Part shown: one piece after another, positions 56,343-64,000 of the stretch
Layout: each line of letters opens with the position of its first letter
Position numbering within the stretch: the stretch's first letter is position 1
Assembly (NCBI GenBank): GCA_963725665.1
Contig: CAVRZA010000003.1
Location: 1 to 64,000 of the forward strand
Direction: 5' to 3'
Length of the DNA: 64,000 nt
From: an uncultured Actinomycetes bacterium
GTDB taxonomy: Bacteria > Actinomycetota > Thermoleophilia > UBA2241
Notes under the pieces: generated by a model
Seen by the model: the letters and a program-made list of their open reading frames with translations, nothing else
Databases searched by the model: none
Told to the model about the DNA's origin: nothing
Translations under genes and position numbers: made by a program

Positions 56343-57111
56343 TCACCGACAAGTGTTGCCGCCGTCTACCGTCACCACCGACCCTGTCATGAAGCTCGAG
56401 TCGTCGCCGGCGAGGAACAGCACGACGGCCGCTATCTCCTCTGGCTCCGCCATTCGGCCGAGAGGGACATCCGAGCCGACGGACTCTGCGAATGCGTCGG
56501 CAGAGGCGCCAATGAAACCGGCTCGGGCGTCCAGGACCATGGGTGTCAAGGTGTCTCCCGGGCAGACCGCGTTGCATCTGATGCCGTCGGCGGCGTGGTC
56601 GATGGCGATGGCCTTGGTCAGCATCACGACGGCTCCCTTGCTGCAGCAGTACGCGACTGAATCCCGGCCGGCCACAAGACCCCAGTCGGAAGCGTTGTTG
56701 ACGATGACTCCCCGCTTCTGGTCCCTCATGAACGGAACGACCGCTTGGGCGTAGAGGAACTGACCGAAGAGGTTGACCTCGATCACCCGGCGAAATCTCA
56801 AGAGTGGTCGTCAGGACGGTCCCGGCGTCGATCATGCCCGCGTTGTTGAACAGCACATCGATGCGGCCGTACCTGGCCACCGTCGCCGTCACGACCCGAC
56901 GGACATCATCAGGATCCGTCACGTCGCCGGGTGCGAAGAAGGCATCGGTGGCCCCCTCTGTGCTGCACGCGACGACGACCTGGCGTCCTCTATCCACGTC
57001 GCGTCCTGTCAGGGCCAGAGCGGCACCTTCGCAGGCGAACGCGTGAGCCGTCGCCGTGCCGATCCCCGAAGAGGCTCCAGTGATCAAGCAGACCCTGTCC
57101 TTCAGCCGCAA
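56343..57111 (-). CDS. Short-chain dehydrogenase/reductase (frameshift near 56800)
   Basis: TGASSGIG and NNAG, then NNAS, YCCSK and VDGG in a shifted frame; AGGAGG RBS before TTG. Confidence 0.9.
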
Positions 57112-57333
57112 GCGTCCCTCCTGCTGGATCGGCCCACTCTCGTCATTCTCTCCTATCAACCGCCCGGAGTCTCGTCGCAGAACGCACTGGCACCAGTGGC
57201 TCTTCTCAGGCAGGCGTGCTGAGTGCGGCGAATCCTACCCAGGGACAAGGTCTCCCATCCAGTGCGGCAGCGATCGCCAGCCCCGCCTGGTGCTCGTTGC
57301 ACACAGCGCCAGCGTCGCCGGCCGCCCGCTGCA

Positions 57334-57425
57334 GACGTCGTGAGCGCAGCAGACCGCTCCTACCGACGTCGTGAGCGCAGCAGACCGCTCCTACCGACGT
57401 TGCGAGCGCAGCAGACCGCTCCTAC
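57334..57425. repeat. 31-bp tandem repeat, about three copies (VNTR)
   Basis: GACGTCGTGAGCGCAGCAGACCGCTCCTACC; no spacers; internal GAGCG/CGCTC hairpin. Confidence 0.92.
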
Positions 57426-58252
57426 ACGCCCTCGAGGCGGCCGATACGCACACCGTCGCGCTCATCGACCGTGTCGTGCCAGGGCAAGGCCTCACCGAAG
57501 AGGCTGCGCACGCGCCAGCGCAGGCCTTTGGGGGCTATGCGAAGGGCCGCCTGCAGCTCTTCGAGAGCGCCCGACACCCGCCCGCGCGCGCCGGCGTCAG
57601 GCTCCAAGTGGGAGAGGTGCGCGCGGCAGCGCTCGAGGTTGCGCGTGACGTCGTGGTGCAGTCCCCAGTCGTGTGCGCACAGGCGCGCGATGTAGCGCAC
57701 GTTGACAGCACCGGGGGCATCGCGGTCGATCAGCGGCAGGTGTCTGAGGAGGGCGACGATGTCGCCCAAGTCATCCTCGTTCACGGCGGCGCGCTGCAAC
57801 TTCACCAGCAGCACGTCGCTCGCCGGCGCCGTGTAGTCCTCGAACCCCAGGCGCTCCTTCAGGGCGATCTGGTGATCTAGTCGGAACGTATCTACGAAGA
57901 CGTCGATGCGGTCATCGACGTGTTGCGACCTGCCGTCGTCGCGATGGACGCAAGGACGGAAGAACTGCGCCATCTGTCCGCTGCTCGCGAGGCGGTAGTG
58001 CCCGTTCTCGGCGAAGCCGCGATCGGTCAGCAGCGATACGACCTGCTTGAACTCCGCTCGTAGGCAGACAAGGTCGATGTCGCGGTACCGCCTTGCAGCG
58101 AGGTCGGCGCCGCGGCACTGCTCGCGCACGGCGAGCCCACCTATCAGACGCAGCGTTAGGTCACGGCGGCGCGCCGCATCGACGATGCGGCGCGCCTCCT
58201 CGAGCATCGCGTCGCGCCCGGACGACTCGACGTGTTCGAGGTCTGTCGGCAT
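57422..58252 (-). CDS. Nucleotidyltransferase-fold hypothetical protein
   Basis: LIGGLAV...YRDIDLV (hG[GS]...DhD motif), IDVF, LLVKLQ. Confidence 0.75.
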   Translation of the reverse strand: MPTDLEHVESSGRDAMLEEARRIVDAARRRDLTLRLIGGLAVREQCRGADLAARRYRDIDLVCLRAEFKQVVSLLTDRGFAENGHYRLASSGQMAQFFRPCVHRDDGRSQHVDDRIDVFVDTFRLDHQIALKERLGFEDYTAPASDVLLVKLQRAAVNEDDLGDIVALLRHLPLIDRDAPGAVNVRYIARLCAHDWGLHHDVTRNLERCRAHLSHLEPDAGARGRVSGALEELQAALRIAPKGLRWRVRSLFGEALPWHDTVDERDGVRIGRLEGV

Positions 58253-58334
58253 GTCGTGCCGTACGTACCCCGGATCCGGGGGGCGTATTCCGGGGTTCGG
58301 CCGGGTGTGCGGGACGCGAGGCGGGGGGACTGAC

Positions 58335-58380
58335 GGGGGGCGGGCGGCGGCTGCCTCGCGGCAGCCGCCGCCCGCCCCCG
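58335..58380 (-). terminator. Hairpin downstream of the SOD gene
   Basis: GGGGCGGGCGGCGGCTGCC-tcgc-GGCAGCCGCCGCCCGCCCC, perfect stem. Confidence 0.7.
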
Positions 58381-58392
58381 CGTGAGGCGACT

Positions 58393-58986
58393 CTAGCCCA
58401 GGTTCTGCGCCACGAAGTCCCAGTTGACGAGGTTGTCGAGGAAGGTCTGCAAGAAGTCGGGGCGCCGGTTCTGATAGTCGAGGTAGTAGGCGTGCTCCCA
58501 GACGTCGCACACGAGCAGCGGCTTCTGACCCGGCGGAACCGGCATCTCGGCGTTGGGGGTGCTGACGATCTTGAGCTGTCCGCCCTCGTCTACGAGCCAG
58601 ACCCAGCCGCTGCCGAAGCGGCCCACGCCGCCGGCCTTGAACTGCTCGGCGAAGGCCTCGTAGCTGCCGAAGGCTGCGGTCATCCTGTCGCCCAGCGCGC
58701 CGCCGGGGGCCCCGCCGCCACCCGGGGTCATCGAGTTCCAGAAGAAGGTGTGGTTCCAGACCTGGGCGGCGTTGTTGAAGATCGCCTGCTTGGCGGGATC
58801 GCCGGCCACGGCGCCGATGACGTCCTCTAGCGACTTGCTCTCGAGGTCACCTCCGGCGACGAGCTTGTTGAGGGTGTCGACGTAGGTGCGGTGGTGCTTG
58901 CCGTAGTGGAAGCTGATGGTCCGCGCCGAGGTGTACGGCTCCAGGGCGTCGTCGGCCCAGGGCAGGGACGGCAGTTCGAATGCCAC
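58393..58986 (-). CDS. sodB: Superoxide dismutase, Fe-type signature
   Basis: HYGKHH, NNAAQVWNH, FGSGW, DVWEHAYY; AAQ and TPNA indicate the Fe type. Confidence 0.93.
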   Translation of the reverse strand: MAFELPSLPWADDALEPYTSARTISFHYGKHHRTYVDTLNKLVAGGDLESKSLEDVIGAVAGDPAKQAIFNNAAQVWNHTFFWNSMTPGGGGAPGGALGDRMTAAFGSYEAFAEQFKAGGVGRFGSGWVWLVDEGGQLKIVSTPNAEMPVPPGQKPLLVCDVWEHAYYLDYQNRRPDFLQTFLDNLVNWDFVAQNLG

Positions 58987-59188
58987 GATGACCTCCTTCG
59001 GGGATCTGTTCCGCTGCGACCGAGGCTATGCAGGCCGGTCGCGTGGGCAACAGCATACGTCGTCTCGTACGCCGTCGTTAAGTGTTGGGCCGTCGATGAG
59101 GCGAGGCCGCAGCCCACGCGACGAGGCTCGGGCCGCGGGCTCGAGCCCGCCTGGCGGGCGATGGAGCCGGATGGGCCGGGGTGGCGAC

Positions 59189-59254
59189 AGGCGCGCGGGC
59201 GGGCGCGGCGGGCGTCTCCCTCAAGGCGCCCGCCGCGCCCGCCCGCGCGCCTGC
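59189..59254 (-). terminator. Long perfect inverted repeat closing the S8 operon
   Basis: CAGGCGCGCGGGCGGGCGCGGCGGGCG...CGCCCGCCGCGCCCGCCCGCGCGCCTG directly after the STAS stop. Confidence 0.7.
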
Positions 59255-59257
59255 GTT

Positions 59258-59587
59258 CTACCCCGCTTTGGCCTGCGGTGCGATGAAGGCTCCCTCGCCG
59301 ACGAGCTCGCGCACCTTCAGCATCGCGAACACGTCTTCGACGGCGGGGGAGAGGTGGCGCGCCCGGAGCTGGATGCCCTGGGCTCGCAGGTCGAGGCAAA
59401 GACGCACGAAGATGCCGGCACCCGAGGAGTCGATGAAGCGGACCCCTGCGAAGTCCAGCACGGCCTGGTCGCTGCCCCGCACGGCGTCGCTTACGACCCA
59501 GCGCAGGGTCTCCGTGCAGTCCAGGTCTACCTCGCCCTCGAGGTAGATGATGGGGGCCACACCTTTGTCAACTCGCGTGTGCAGCAT
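59258..59587 (-). CDS. STAS anti-sigma factor antagonist
   Basis: LEGEVDL..LDFAGVRFIDSSGAG. Confidence 0.9.
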   Translation of the reverse strand: MLHTRVDKGVAPIIYLEGEVDLDCTETLRWVVSDAVRGSDQAVLDFAGVRFIDSSGAGIFVRLCLDLRAQGIQLRARHLSPAVEDVFAMLKVRELVGEGAFIAPQAKAG

Positions 59588-60371
59588 AGTCAGCCCTCTC
59601 CTTGATCATACGGTCGAGCATGAGCGTCGTCCCGTCGTTCCCGGTATGCAGTGAGACCTCTTCGAGGCTCTCGAGGATGAGCTTGTAACCGTAGCCCATG
59701 GACACCTGGTCGCCGCTGCCTTGCGGAGCGGTCCAGTTCAGGAAGCTGAGCCCCCGGCCGCGGTCCGAGACGATGGCGCGCAGGCGGTCGTCGAGGATGC
59801 GCAGAGCCACCGTGCCGGTGCCGCCGCCGTGGAGGATCATGTTGGTCGTCGCCTCGGAGACGGCGAGGATGAAGCCTTTGCGCGCGGCTTCACTCAGAGA
59901 GACCTCGGCCAGCGCCAGGTCGGCGGCGTTGCGCGTCATGGCCAGTGACGTCGAGTCGGTGACCGCGTGCGCGATCAGCTCGGAGCCGCGACTCCGCTCC
60001 GTGCTGAGCTCTTGCTCGTCGAGGAAGTGCAGCCTGCCCCGCGCGACAGCGGACGCCAGGTCGTTGAGGATGTCCAGCAGGCTGCGGCGGTGGTCGCCGT
60101 GATGGCGCCGCCAGCCGTTGGTGTGGATGCCCATGATCTCGCAGCGGTCGCCGCGGGGGATGAAGCAGAACTCGTCGCCGACGGCGTCGTTGTAGTCGGT
60201 GATGGTGTGGCAGACGAAGCTGCGCAGGTTCATGGCCTCGCGGGCCCGCTCGATCAGGTCCGCCGGTGGCAGCGGCGAGAGGGCGCCGCCGACGACGATG
60301 CGCAGCGTGTCGCTGCCCGCGTCGTAGCGGAAGACTTGCAGCGTCACGGGTGTGCGCTTGGGTCCCATCAT
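59568..60371 (-). CDS. RsbW/RsbT-like anti-sigma Ser kinase (HATPase_c_2) with an extra N-terminal domain
   Basis: LAVSEATTNMILHG, VSDRGRG, MGYGY. Confidence 0.85.
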   Translation of the reverse strand: MMGPKRTPVTLQVFRYDAGSDTLRIVVGGALSPLPPADLIERAREAMNLRSFVCHTITDYNDAVGDEFCFIPRGDRCEIMGIHTNGWRRHHGDHRRSLLDILNDLASAVARGRLHFLDEQELSTERSRGSELIAHAVTDSTSLAMTRNAADLALAEVSLSEAARKGFILAVSEATTNMILHGGGTGTVALRILDDRLRAIVSDRGRGLSFLNWTAPQGSGDQVSMGYGYKLILESLEEVSLHTGNDGTTLMLDRMIKERADYAAHAS

Positions 60372-60482
60372 GGTCTCACTCTGTATCGGTCGCTCGTCGC
60401 CGCCGGTTGAGTGCGCGGCGGTGCGGTCGCGAGCGGTCTTCGTCCGGCGCCGCGCCGATCTTGCCTCGACCTCATTGCGGCC

Positions 60483-62042
60483 TCACGTCACCTTGATGAG
60501 CAGCAGGGTCAGGTCGTCCGCCGGGGGCATGCCGCCGCGAAAGTCGGCGACCTCGGTGAGGACAGTCTCGAGGATGGCCTCGGGCGCGTCGGCACGCACG
60601 CGGCGCAGGCACGCGCACAGGCGCTCGACGCCGAAAAGCTCACCGGCGGCGTCGCGCGCCTCCGTCACCCCGTCGGTGTAGAGCGCGACGAGGTCGCCGG
60701 GGCTCAGCCTGAGTGTGTCCTCGGGGAAGTCGAGCCCCGGCCGGACGCCCAGCAGGCTGCCGCGGGCCGCCACTCGGCGCTCACCTTCGTCCCCGAACAC
60801 CAGCAGAGGGTTGTGACCGCCGCCGGCCACCGTCAGGCGTCGCCGTGCGGGATCGTAGAGTGCGTACGTGAGCGTGAGGAACGAGGGCAGCGCCTGGCCC
60901 TCGAGGTCGCGCGCGAGGCCGTCGTTCACCTCTGCCAGCACGCGGCCCGGCGAGCGTCGCGCGCGAGCCGCCTGGTGCAGCAGTGAACGAGCCATGGCCA
61001 TGATGAGGGCCGCCGCGAGCCCCTTGCCCATCACGTCGCCGCAGGCGATCGCCAGGTGGCCGTCGTCGAAGTCGAGGAAGTCGTAGTAGTCGCCGCCCAT
61101 CTCCGTCATGAACTCGATCCGGGCGGCGAACTCGAGGCCCTCGACCACAGGGGACTCCTTGGGCAGCAGGTCGAGCTGGATCTGTCGGGCTCGCTCGATC
61201 TCGGCGGCCACTTTGCGCTGCGTCTCGGCGAGCCGCTCGTGGAGCCGCGCGGTGGCTACGAGCTCGTCCTTGAACGACGCCAACGCCGCGGTGTGGGACT
61301 CGCGATCGCGGGCGCGGCTGGCGTAGATCTCGTAGGAGTAGTAGATGAGGAACAGCGGTGGCAGGGCGAGCAGTAGACCGGGAAGGCCGAGCGCGAGGTA
61401 GAGGCCGGCCACGAGCAGGCTGAGCGACGCACCCGTGAGGTAGCTCGGCAGCCCCCATTGGTAGTTGCGCTGCCACACGCGCAGGGCGCTCTCGCCAGTC
61501 GCCAGCGCGATGACGCCGGCAAGCACGACCGTGTTGGCCAGGAAGTCGACGCCAGTCGCGGCGAACGCGGGTAGCACGCGGTCGGTGAAGGTGGCCGTCA
61601 GGGGCACGAGGGCGACGTACAGCGCACCGCCGAGGAACGTCGAGAGCACGTGGTTGGCCACGTTGAAGACGATCTTCTGGGGGTCGTGCGTGAGCCAGGC
61701 CGTGGCGAGCCCCGAGGCGATGGCCACAAGGAGGGCGGGGAAGAGACCGAAGACGATCAGGGCGGCGAGGATGAGGACGAACGACAGCGTCACCACGCCG
61801 ACGCCCGGCAGGCGGACCTCGCGCAGATCGGCGAAGGCGGCGAGGGCGATGAAGGCGATGAGGGCCGGCGTGACCTCTCCGCTGTGGCCGGCCAGGGCCA
61901 GGCCGACCACGGCCGCGGCGACAACGGCGGCTACGTACAGTGAGACGGCCGCGCGTTGCCGCGCGGCCGTCTCACTGCCGGGCTGCGCTGGGGCGCCGAC
62001 TACTGACCGTCGATCATCGTCGTCCAGGAGTACTTGGTCCAT
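60483..62042 (-). CDS. Multi-TM sensor with coiled coil and PP2C/SpoIIE phosphatase (start uncertain)
   Basis: About 8 hydrophobic segments; ARQIQ..LLP, GGDYYD, GDVMGKG, YTDGVTEA, ADDLT. Confidence 0.9.
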   Translation of the reverse strand: MDQVLLDDDDRRSVVGAPAQPGSETAARQRAAVSLYVAAVVAAAVVGLALAGHSGEVTPALIAFIALAAFADLREVRLPGVGVVTLSFVLILAALIVFGLFPALLVAIASGLATAWLTHDPQKIVFNVANHVLSTFLGGALYVALVPLTATFTDRVLPAFAATGVDFLANTVVLAGVIALATGESALRVWQRNYQWGLPSYLTGASLSLLVAGLYLALGLPGLLLALPPLFLIYYSYEIYASRARDRESHTAALASFKDELVATARLHERLAETQRKVAAEIERARQIQLDLLPKESPVVEGLEFAARIEFMTEMGGDYYDFLDFDDGHLAIACGDVMGKGLAAALIMAMARSLLHQAARARRSPGRVLAEVNDGLARDLEGQALPSFLTLTYALYDPARRRLTVAGGGHNPLLVFGDEGERRVAARGSLLGVRPGLDFPEDTLRLSPGDLVALYTDGVTEARDAAGELFGVERLCACLRRVRADAPEAILETVLTEVADFRGGMPPADDLTLLLIKVT

Positions 62043-63628
62043 GAGTACTTCGTCCACGAGTACTTGGTCCACGAATACTTCGTCCAGGAATACTTCGTCC
62101 ATGAGTACTTGGTCCATGAGTACTTGGTCCACGAATACTTCGTCCACGAGTACTTCGCCCAGTTCACCAGCACGTCGGGAGGCAGGATGGTCGAGCCATC
62201 GCCAAGGTCGGCCGAGAGCGCCGGCCCGTCAGCTCGCATGTGGTTGGCGAGCACCGACGGCGTGTCGACCGCGCCGGCCCCCTGCACCGCCGACGACACA
62301 CCGGCCAGCGGACGCGCGCTCGCCATCAGGCGCACCTTCACGTCGTCGGGCGTGAGTCTTGGGTCGCGCTCGAGCATGAGGGCGGCGACTCCGGCCACGA
62401 CCGGCGCGGCTGTGCTCGTCCCGGAGAGCTTGAAGTAGGCAGGCTTCTCCCAAGCGGGAGCGGTGGGAGCGTAGAGGGACACCGGGATGCGGTTGTCGGG
62501 CCAGGTGCGGTCGACGAAGCTGCCCTTCACACGCAGCGAGATCAGACGGTTGCCGGGTGCGACGATGTCGGGCTTCGCGAACTCGTCGAACAGCGTCGGT
62601 CCGATCGAGCTGTAGCCGCACACGGCGTCGTCGTCGAGCGTCGCCGTCTGCTTCGTATCGAGCGCGCCGACGGTGATCGCCAACGGGTCGTTGCCGGGAG
62701 AGAGGATGCCGCCGTTGCCGAACTCACCTTCGTTGCCGGCGGCGCAGATGACGACGATGCCCGCTCTCCACGCGGCCTCCACGGCCTTTGCCAGGGGATC
62801 GTCCGAGACCGGCCCGGGAATGTCCCCGCCGGCCGAGATGTTCAGCACCCTGATGTGGTACTCGTTCTTGTGGCGGATGGCCCAGAGGATGCCCCTGATC
62901 ACGTCGGAAGCTCTACCCTGCCCGTACCTGTCGAGGACCTTGATGGCGACGATGTTGGCGCCGGGAGCGACGCCGCGGAACTGCTGCGTCGCGTAGCCGC
63001 CCTGATCGACCGGCAGCGAGGCGGTGCCGTCGCCTGCGATCAAACCGGCGACGAACGTGCCGTGCCCGGCGTCGTCGTACGGATGTCTCTTGCCCTTGAC
63101 GAAGTCGACCCAGCCGACGAGGCGCGAGCCATGAAGGTCGGCGGTCTCGTCGATGCCGCTGTCGATCACGGCGACCGTGACCCCCCTGCCCGTGGGTCCG
63201 CCGTCCCAGGGGGCGGGCAGCCGACCCAGTCCTATCGTCAGATTGGTCACGTCCATGGTGCTCGCGTAGTCGGCGGCGAACACGGTGGGGTCGGACGTGA
63301 TCGCAGTGACGTAGGGAAGCTCCGCCAGGGAATCGACCTGCTCCGCCGTGAGGGGTGCAGCGGCGGCCTTCACCACGTCGAGGGGCTCGGCGTCCGGAGT
63401 GGACGAAAGCGCCCCCATCACGTCGTCGACGTGTCCCGGCGCGTAGACGATGACGGGGACGGCCTCGCCGGGCGAGGCGGCCAGCGCCGCCGTGACTGCG
63501 GGGTCGACCTTCGTCGCCGTGTCAGGCCTCGCCGTCGGCGAGCCCCACTTGGCCGCCCACGCCGGCGAGGCCAGCGCGAGCAGCAGAAGGAGTGTGACCG
63601 CGACCGCGGCCTGGTAGCGCCTTCTCAT
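62000..63628 (-). CDS. Secreted S8 (AprX-like) serine protease with a C-terminal pentapeptide repeat tail
   Basis: Signal peptide; VIDSG, GHGT, AAGN and SGTSTAAP motifs; tail W-AKYSW-(TKYSW)8. Confidence 0.95.
   Translation of the reverse strand: MRRRYQAAVAVTLLLLLALASPAWAAKWGSPTARPDTATKVDPAVTAALAASPGEAVPVIVYAPGHVDDVMGALSSTPDAEPLDVVKAAAAPLTAEQVDSLAELPYVTAITSDPTVFAADYASTMDVTNLTIGLGRLPAPWDGGPTGRGVTVAVIDSGIDETADLHGSRLVGWVDFVKGKRHPYDDAGHGTFVAGLIAGDGTASLPVDQGGYATQQFRGVAPGANIVAIKVLDRYGQGRASDVIRGILWAIRHKNEYHIRVLNISAGGDIPGPVSDDPLAKAVEAAWRAGIVVICAAGNEGEFGNGGILSPGNDPLAITVGALDTKQTATLDDDAVCGYSSIGPTLFDEFAKPDIVAPGNRLISLRVKGSFVDRTWPDNRIPVSLYAPTAPAWEKPAYFKLSGTSTAAPVVAGVAALMLERDPRLTPDDVKVRLMASARPLAGVSSAVQGAGAVDTPSVLANHMRADGPALSADLGDGSTILPPDVLVNWAKYSWTKYSWTKYSWTKYSWTKYSWTKYSWTKYSWTKYSWTKYSWTTMIDGQ
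62024..62161 (-). repeat. 15-bp coding repeat, nine copies, encoding (T/A)KYSW
   Basis: AC(G/C) AAG TA(C/T) TC(G/A/C) TGG; the eight TKYSW units differ only synonymously. Confidence 0.97.
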
Positions 63629-63741
63629 GGTCCGTCCCTCCACACCCTGCTCCGTTGGCTTCGCCGCTCTCGCCGAACGAGCGGGCTGGTCCTGTCGCGA
63701 AGGGGCGCCCGTGCCGGAAGGCCGTGAGGAGGGTCGGGTGG

Positions 63742-63820
63742 TTCGGCGGCCGAGCTATCTTGCCGTCGGGCAAGACCTCTAGCTTTGCGTCCCTGCCTCA
63801 CAGCAGGTTTGCCCTTTCGT
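63742..63820 (-). promoter_or_regulatory. Cyclic di-GMP-I (GEMM-I) riboswitch
   Basis: Minus strand reads GGGCAAA-CCTGCT-GTGA-GGCAGG-GACGCAAAGCTAGAGGTCT...GATAGCTCGGCCGCCG, with the hallmark GGCAAA, GNRA hairpin and GGACGCAAAG. Confidence 0.88.
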
Positions 63821-64000
63821 TGGGAGAAGTATCGACTGCGCGGCGCGACAAGATTAGACGAACGTTCTACATGTGTAGCCGGTGCGGCGACGTATCCAGC
63901 GCAAGAGGCGTCCGGAGGGCCGACGCCCTGTCAAGGGGCCAAGAACATGGGATTCAGCTACAGGAAACGTACTCTACGCAGGCTTTACACTGAATGGAGT

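Noticed and set aside
57334-57425. CRISPR array
   Set aside because: The 31-bp units abut with no spacers, and there are no cas genes in the window.
62043-62147. DEVFV/DQVLM repeats as a real N-terminal domain of the phosphatase
   Set aside because: Variation is synonymous in the TKYSW frame and non-synonymous in this one, so it is a shadow reading.
63860-63875. LexA SOS box (CGAACGTTCT)
   Set aside because: Lacks the 4-nt spacer of the GAAC-N4-GTTC consensus.

Overview
High-GC bacterial window. ClpC, RpoD-like and RecA sequences point to Actinomycetota (Thermoleophilia-like, by inference). Many single-base indels break otherwise intact genes, so this is probably an unpolished long-read consensus. 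Bases 1-35.3 kb are a mosaic of decayed integrative elements: a ParB-methyltransferase/TerS/TerL module behind a tandem hairpin leader, tRNA-Cys and tRNA-Phe att fragments, an IS110/IS1111 element inserted inside the tRNA-Cys att, and IS481, IS3 and integrase remnants. They carry extra copies of core genes: rpsR-csp twice (inverted), three RpoD-like sigmas, clpC with a radA remnant, and recA. Bases 36-58 kb are catabolic: tdh-kbl, a low-GC Liv-type ABC transporter with Fe-ADH, orphan SdhA with PrpD opposite GntR-AtuA-DUF4387, and an SDR with a fused B12 diol dehydratase and reactivase. The best candidate for an undescribed system is at 59.3-63.8 kb. A c-di-GMP-I riboswitch precedes a secreted S8 protease ending in nine (T/A)KYSW units, then a multi-TM PP2C phosphatase, an anti-sigma kinase and a STAS protein; this may be a self-processing peptide-signal/partner-switch operon. 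Other strong leads are a covarying tandem structured-RNA motif (1076-1313) and a GGY-NN pentamer array (8944-9045).
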